A DNA stretch of 64,000 bases, from assembly GCA_001871445.1 (NCBI GenBank), contig MNVD01000014.1, positions 28,776 to 92,775 on the forward strand, given 5' to 3'. The notes beneath the pieces are model-generated. The model saw only the letters and a program-made list of their open reading frames with translations, was not told the origin of the DNA and ran no database searches. Both the position numbers and the translations under genes were made by a program. The DNA is from Candidatus Magasanikbacteria bacterium CG1_02_41_34. Lineage in GTDB: Bacteria > Patescibacteriota > Patescibacteriia > Magasanikbacterales > UBA922. Positions 60,207 through 64,000 of this stretch are shown piece after piece; positions within the stretch are counted from its first letter, which is position 1; each line of letters opens with the position of its first letter.

Positions 60207-61040
60207 TTATGAGTTTTGTTGATTTGTGAATACCCCATGTATACCTCGACGTCCTTTCATCATTCCCATACCTCCACTTTCACCATGTTGTTGGTCTGCT
60301 GGAATACCCAGTTCGTCTGCAATCGTTTTTGCCCCTTCCCAGTCACCAGCTTGCATGAGGTCATGCATCTCGGCAAACTGTGCGAAGTTTGTTTCGTTGA
60401 TATGATCAAGAAAAGGTGTCCGTGTTCCCGCAGCTTTTACAAATGCAGAGTAATCTCTCGCGTCTATTGCAGCATCCACTGCTGCACGGTTTGTTTCTTT
60501 TTCTTGATGTTGCAATGACATTCTATTAAATTGTGTTTCAGTAATGCGTGTAGCATTGTCGCCATGAGCTTTTACAAATGCAGAGTAATCTCCAGTTTCG
60601 AGTGCTGCGTTTACGGCAGTTCTTTGTTCTTTAGTAAGCTGTAGTCCTCCTCGATCCCCACGTGGTTTCATTCTTTCATTACCACCACCACGATGTATGT
60701 TGCCCATTGCTGGGATGCCTAGCTCGTTTGCAATAGCTTTTGCTCCTTCTATATCATCTGATTGCATCAGTTCGTGCATCTTAAAAAATTGATCAAAATT
60801 TTCTGCAGTAATAACATCAAGAATCTTTGCATCAGTTCCTACGGCATCTACAAATGATACATAGTCTTTTGCTTCAAGTGCGTGTGCCATAGCGTTGTTA
60901 TGTTCTTGTACAAAAGAACGATTTTGTTGGGCATTCCCACCTTGTGAAGAGGTGTTGCCCTGTGCATTTGCGATACCTATTCCTATTGTTGCGACAGCAA
61001 AGAGAATAGCTGCCGTTGTTGTTATTTGGGGTTTGTTCAT
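60207..61040 (-). CDS. Secreted protein with three tandem repeats of about 45 aa (DYSAFVKA...EGAKxIAxELGIPA).
   Basis: Signal peptide with AQG cleavage-like site. Three internal repeats and a Gly/Met-rich C-terminus. Confidence 0.45.
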   Translation of the reverse strand: MNKPQITTTAAILFAVATIGIGIANAQGNTSSQGGNAQQNRSFVQEHNNAMAHALEAKDYVSFVDAVGTDAKILDVITAENFDQFFKMHELMQSDDIEGAKAIANELGIPAMGNIHRGGGNERMKPRGDRGGLQLTKEQRTAVNAALETGDYSAFVKAHGDNATRITETQFNRMSLQHQEKETNRAAVDAAIDARDYSAFVKAAGTRTPFLDHINETNFAQFAEMHDLMQAGDWEGAKTIADELGIPADQQHGESGGMGMMKGRRGIHGVFTNQQNS

Positions 61041-61163
61041 ATGAAATATGAATGAGTGAATATAGATTGTGTCTGTTTTTGTGCCCTTCTGTTATCTATT
61101 ACGCATCCCTCGTACATTTTCTTTCATATGAAAAAAGAGGCATGGTTTGCCTCTTTTTCTTGG

Positions 61164-61958
61164 TTAATCTTCATACATTTGGATAAGTGGTGGTATGGAA
61201 GATTGTTTATTATGTTTTTTCCATCTTGGATCAATGCTCAGGGTATTGAAGGGCAGAATAACTTGAGCGAAAAATTGGTGTTCCTCAATTTCATTATCTT
61301 CCATTTCTTCTCCTAAGGCTCGAATACGGTCCTGGAGATGTATTCCTGTTGGTGGAAGGATTGTTGTTGGTTTTACAATCACAATCCATGTACCTTCTAA
61401 AAGTGGATTTTCGATATACACTCTGGTCGTTGTAGAGGACATTGATTCTATAATAGCAACACGACCTGTTAAGATACCTTTTTCAGGATGACTGAGTCCT
61501 TTGAGTCGTGGATTGAATATGTGTGCTTGTCCTGGGACACCCTGTGTGATAAGCGTGTCAATTTTTTGACCAACACCAATCACGTGAAGACAAAATCCAA
61601 GCAATATGCTTGTACCTAAAGCGGCAAAGAAAAGAGGAAGTGAGGTATATTTGTATCCTCGCTTTGTGTGGCGAATATCAATATAGAGTAATACCAACAT
61701 GAGCAAAAAAATTGCAAGCCACAAATAGGGAAGTGTTGATACAATATGTATCATTTTCGATTCGTGCAACTCATTGTAGATATCCCAATCATTTTTTGTA
61801 AAAATGAATACCATTGTTGCGACACCAACAGACCCTAGTATTAGAAGCAAACTAGAAAGCACCCATAATCCATACGTACGTGTCAAAAATTTCCATGCAG
61901 GAATTGGCGTGAGCTGTTTTTCTTTTATTGTATCTAGAATTTTTTGTTTGATGTTCAT
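61164..61958 (-). CDS. Membrane protein; putative anti-sigma factor cognate to the upstream ECF sigma.
   Basis: Directly downstream of the sigma gene, 4 nt apart. 6-7 TM helices. No conserved anti-sigma motif recognised. Confidence 0.3.
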   Translation of the reverse strand: MNIKQKILDTIKEKQLTPIPAWKFLTRTYGLWVLSSLLLILGSVGVATMVFIFTKNDWDIYNELHESKMIHIVSTLPYLWLAIFLLMLVLLYIDIRHTKRGYKYTSLPLFFAALGTSILLGFCLHVIGVGQKIDTLITQGVPGQAHIFNPRLKGLSHPEKGILTGRVAIIESMSSTTTRVYIENPLLEGTWIVIVKPTTILPPTGIHLQDRIRALGEEMEDNEIEEHQFFAQVILPFNTLSIDPRWKKHNKQSSIPPLIQMYED

Positions 61959-61962
61959 ATGG

Positions 61963-62607
61963 TTATGATCTGATATTCATGTCGTGTCCTGCGATGATGT
62001 GCCGAAGTTGTTTTTTTGCTCTATTTATTCTTGTTCCTACTGTTTTTACTGGAATTTTGAGGATATCTGATATTTCTTGGTAGCTTTTTTCTTCGAGATA
62101 TCTAAGAATTAATACATCTTTATATTTCGGACCAAGACTATCTAATACGTCCTGAATTTGACGTTGAAGTGTTTCACGATCTATGTCTGCAGTAATATCT
62201 AGATCGGCGGCAACATTCTGAAGGTACGTATTGCCATCTTCTTCCCGAATAATTTTTGGTCTGACTGACCGTTTGCGGAAGTGACTAATGGTTTCATTGT
62301 GAGCAATGCGGTACATCCATGAAGAAAAAGAGAGAGATGGATCAAAATTGTGCAAATAGCGATAGGATTTCAAAAACGTTTCTTGCAAAATATCTTCACA
62401 TTCTTCATGGTTCACATCTGTGATACGACGAACATAGCGATAGAGTTTTTGCTCATATCGCCCAACAAGTGCTCCAAATGCGTCATGATCGGTCGCAGAG
62501 AGAAGAGCAAGAGATTCATCTGTTTGGTCAGAATAATCAGTCATGAAGAGAGTATACACACTTTTTCTGTATCTTGTAATACGTATAAATGCTGTACATT
62601 CTTTCAT
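61963..62607 (-). CDS. ECF-type (sigma-70 family) RNA polymerase sigma factor.
   Basis: Region 2 FLKSYRYLHNFDPSLSFSSWMYRIAHN and region 4 SYQEISDILKIPVKTVGTRINRAKKQLR. Confidence 0.8.
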   Translation of the reverse strand: MKECTAFIRITRYRKSVYTLFMTDYSDQTDESLALLSATDHDAFGALVGRYEQKLYRYVRRITDVNHEECEDILQETFLKSYRYLHNFDPSLSFSSWMYRIAHNETISHFRKRSVRPKIIREEDGNTYLQNVAADLDITADIDRETLQRQIQDVLDSLGPKYKDVLILRYLEEKSYQEISDILKIPVKTVGTRINRAKKQLRHIIAGHDMNIRS

Positions 62608-62663
62608 TTCAATAGAGACAAAAAACGCCTTGTAAAGCGTTTTTTTATTATATGTGTTTGTTG

Positions 62664-64000
62664 TTATGCCTTTCTTCCTGAACGCTTGCGGTCGTTTTCT
62701 GTAAGGAATTGTTTTCTGATACGAATATTTTTTGGTGTAATTTCGAGATATTCATCTTCGCTCATAATTTCGAGTCCTCGTTCGAGAGTGACATCCATAT
62801 GGGGGGTGAGATTCAAAGCGTCATCCGTTCCACTTGCACGCATGTTGGTAAGTTGTTTTCCTTTGATTGGGTTCACAGCCATATCTTCTCCTTTTGCTGT
62901 ATTCCCAATGACCATACCTTCGTATACTTCTACGGTAGGTCCGATATAGAGTGTTCCTCGATCTTGGAGATTGGCGAGTGAGTACCCAAGAGCTTTTCCG
63001 GCAACCATAGAAATCATAGATCCGACATTTCGTTTTTCTATTTCACCTACATATGGTTTGAATCCCGCTCCTTGACTTGCCATGAGACCTTCACCCTTTG
63101 TGTCCATGATAAATGGTCCTCGATATCCGAGAAGTCCTCGTGATGGTATGTCAAAAGTAATGCGTGCATGGCCATTTTTTGAAACCATGTTTGTCATGAC
63201 TCCTTTTCTTTTACTCAATTTTTCGATGACCGTTCCTGTAAATTGTTCTGGGACATCGATAGTTACTTCTTCAAATGGTTCACTTTTCTTCCCCTCAATT
63301 TCTTTGATAATAACTTTTGGTTGACTAACCTGAATTTCAAATCCTTCGCGACGCATTTGTTCAAGTAAAATGGCAATATGAAGTTCTCCACGTCCATATA
63401 CTTTAAATTTGTCTGAGTCAGAAAAATCAATTTTTAGACCCACGTTAATTTCCAATTCTTTTTGCAGTCGTTCTTTAATTTGTCTTGTTGTGACAAATTT
63501 TCCTTCTTTGCCGGCAAACGGTGAGTTGTTTACCAAAAAATCGACACCAATCGTTGGTTCATCAACTTGAATTGCAGGCAGTGGTTCTTGATCAGCACTA
63601 TGACAAATGGTTTCTCCAATATCGATATCTGGAATACCTGATATCATAACAATGTCTCCGGCAAATGCTTCCGTCGTTTCGATACGATCAAACCCTTTAA
63701 ATTGTTGCAATTTTGTAATTGTACCACTGCGTGTTTCGCCAGATGATTTTTTGATAATGACTTTGTCACTCACATGAAGTTTTCCTTCATAAATGCGTCC
63801 AATGGCAAGTCGTCCAACAAAATCATCATAAGCAAGATTGAATGGCTGCATTCGAAATGGTGCAGATGTATCGTGCGGTGCTGGTGATACATGCTCGAGT
63901 ATGAGATCCAGGAGTGGTGTCATGTCTGTCGACGTATCATCCAATGTTTTTTTTGCAATGCCCTGTTTGCCGATTGCGTAGCAATAAGGGAAATTCATTT
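62664..64000 (-). CDS. typA: Translational GTPase TypA/BipA, 3' portion; N-terminal G-domain lies beyond the window edge.
   Basis: BipA-typical PLLDLILEHVSPAP and EF-G-like domains III-V. The Met at 63998 is internal. Confidence 0.8.
   Translation of the reverse strand, partial: MNFPYCYAIGKQGIAKKTLDDTSTDMTPLLDLILEHVSPAPHDTSAPFRMQPFNLAYDDFVGRLAIGRIYEGKLHVSDKVIIKKSSGETRSGTITKLQQFKGFDRIETTEAFAGDIVMISGIPDIDIGETICHSADQEPLPAIQVDEPTIGVDFLVNNSPFAGKEGKFVTTRQIKERLQKELEINVGLKIDFSDSDKFKVYGRGELHIAILLEQMRREGFEIQVSQPKVIIKEIEGKKSEPFEEVTIDVPEQFTGTVIEKLSKRKGVMTNMVSKNGHARITFDIPSRGLLGYRGPFIMDTKGEGLMASQGAGFKPYVGEIEKRNVGSMISMVAGKALGYSLANLQDRGTLYIGPTVEVYEGMVIGNTAKGEDMAVNPIKGKQLTNMRASGTDDALNLTPHMDVTLERGLEIMSEDEYLEITPKNIRIRKQFLTENDRKRSGRKA

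Overview
AT-rich, gene-dense bacterial window with short intergenic spacers. Housekeeping and translation genes dominate: rnc, nusB, rpmF, rpmB, the rpsL-rpsG-fusA str operon, prfB, tsaC, ksgA, ndk, a UvrD/PcrA helicase, queA, tgt, typA, an ECF sigma factor, and six tRNAs. Giant, repeat-rich secreted proteins and the absence of biosynthetic genes fit a reduced-genome, possibly episymbiotic (CPR/Patescibacteria-like) organism; this is inference only. The most interesting region is 43.3-56.2 kb: a type IV secretion-like / DNA-transfer locus. It encodes a VirB6/TrbL-like polytopic membrane protein with a roughly 1000-aa coiled-coil tail, a PrgI/VirB3-like small membrane protein, a VirB4-type ATPase apparently split into two ORFs by a palindromic repeat, a candidate VirB8-like protein, and ComFC. 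A 2995-aa Cys-rich secreted giant sits immediately upstream. The locus has its own repeat grammar: degenerate CACGTAACA / CACATAACA arrays, a four-times repeated promoter-like TATGCAATG module, and a 30-bp perfect inverted-repeat pair flanking a small coiled-coil gene. Five small GC-rich islets, each a short ORF with a strong Shine-Dalgarno sequence, lie among the AT-rich native genes and suggest foreign acquisition. Two promoter-plus-terminator bounded non-coding stretches are candidate ncRNAs. No rRNA genes or CRISPR arrays were seen. All calls are by eye from sequence and motif memory; no searches were run.
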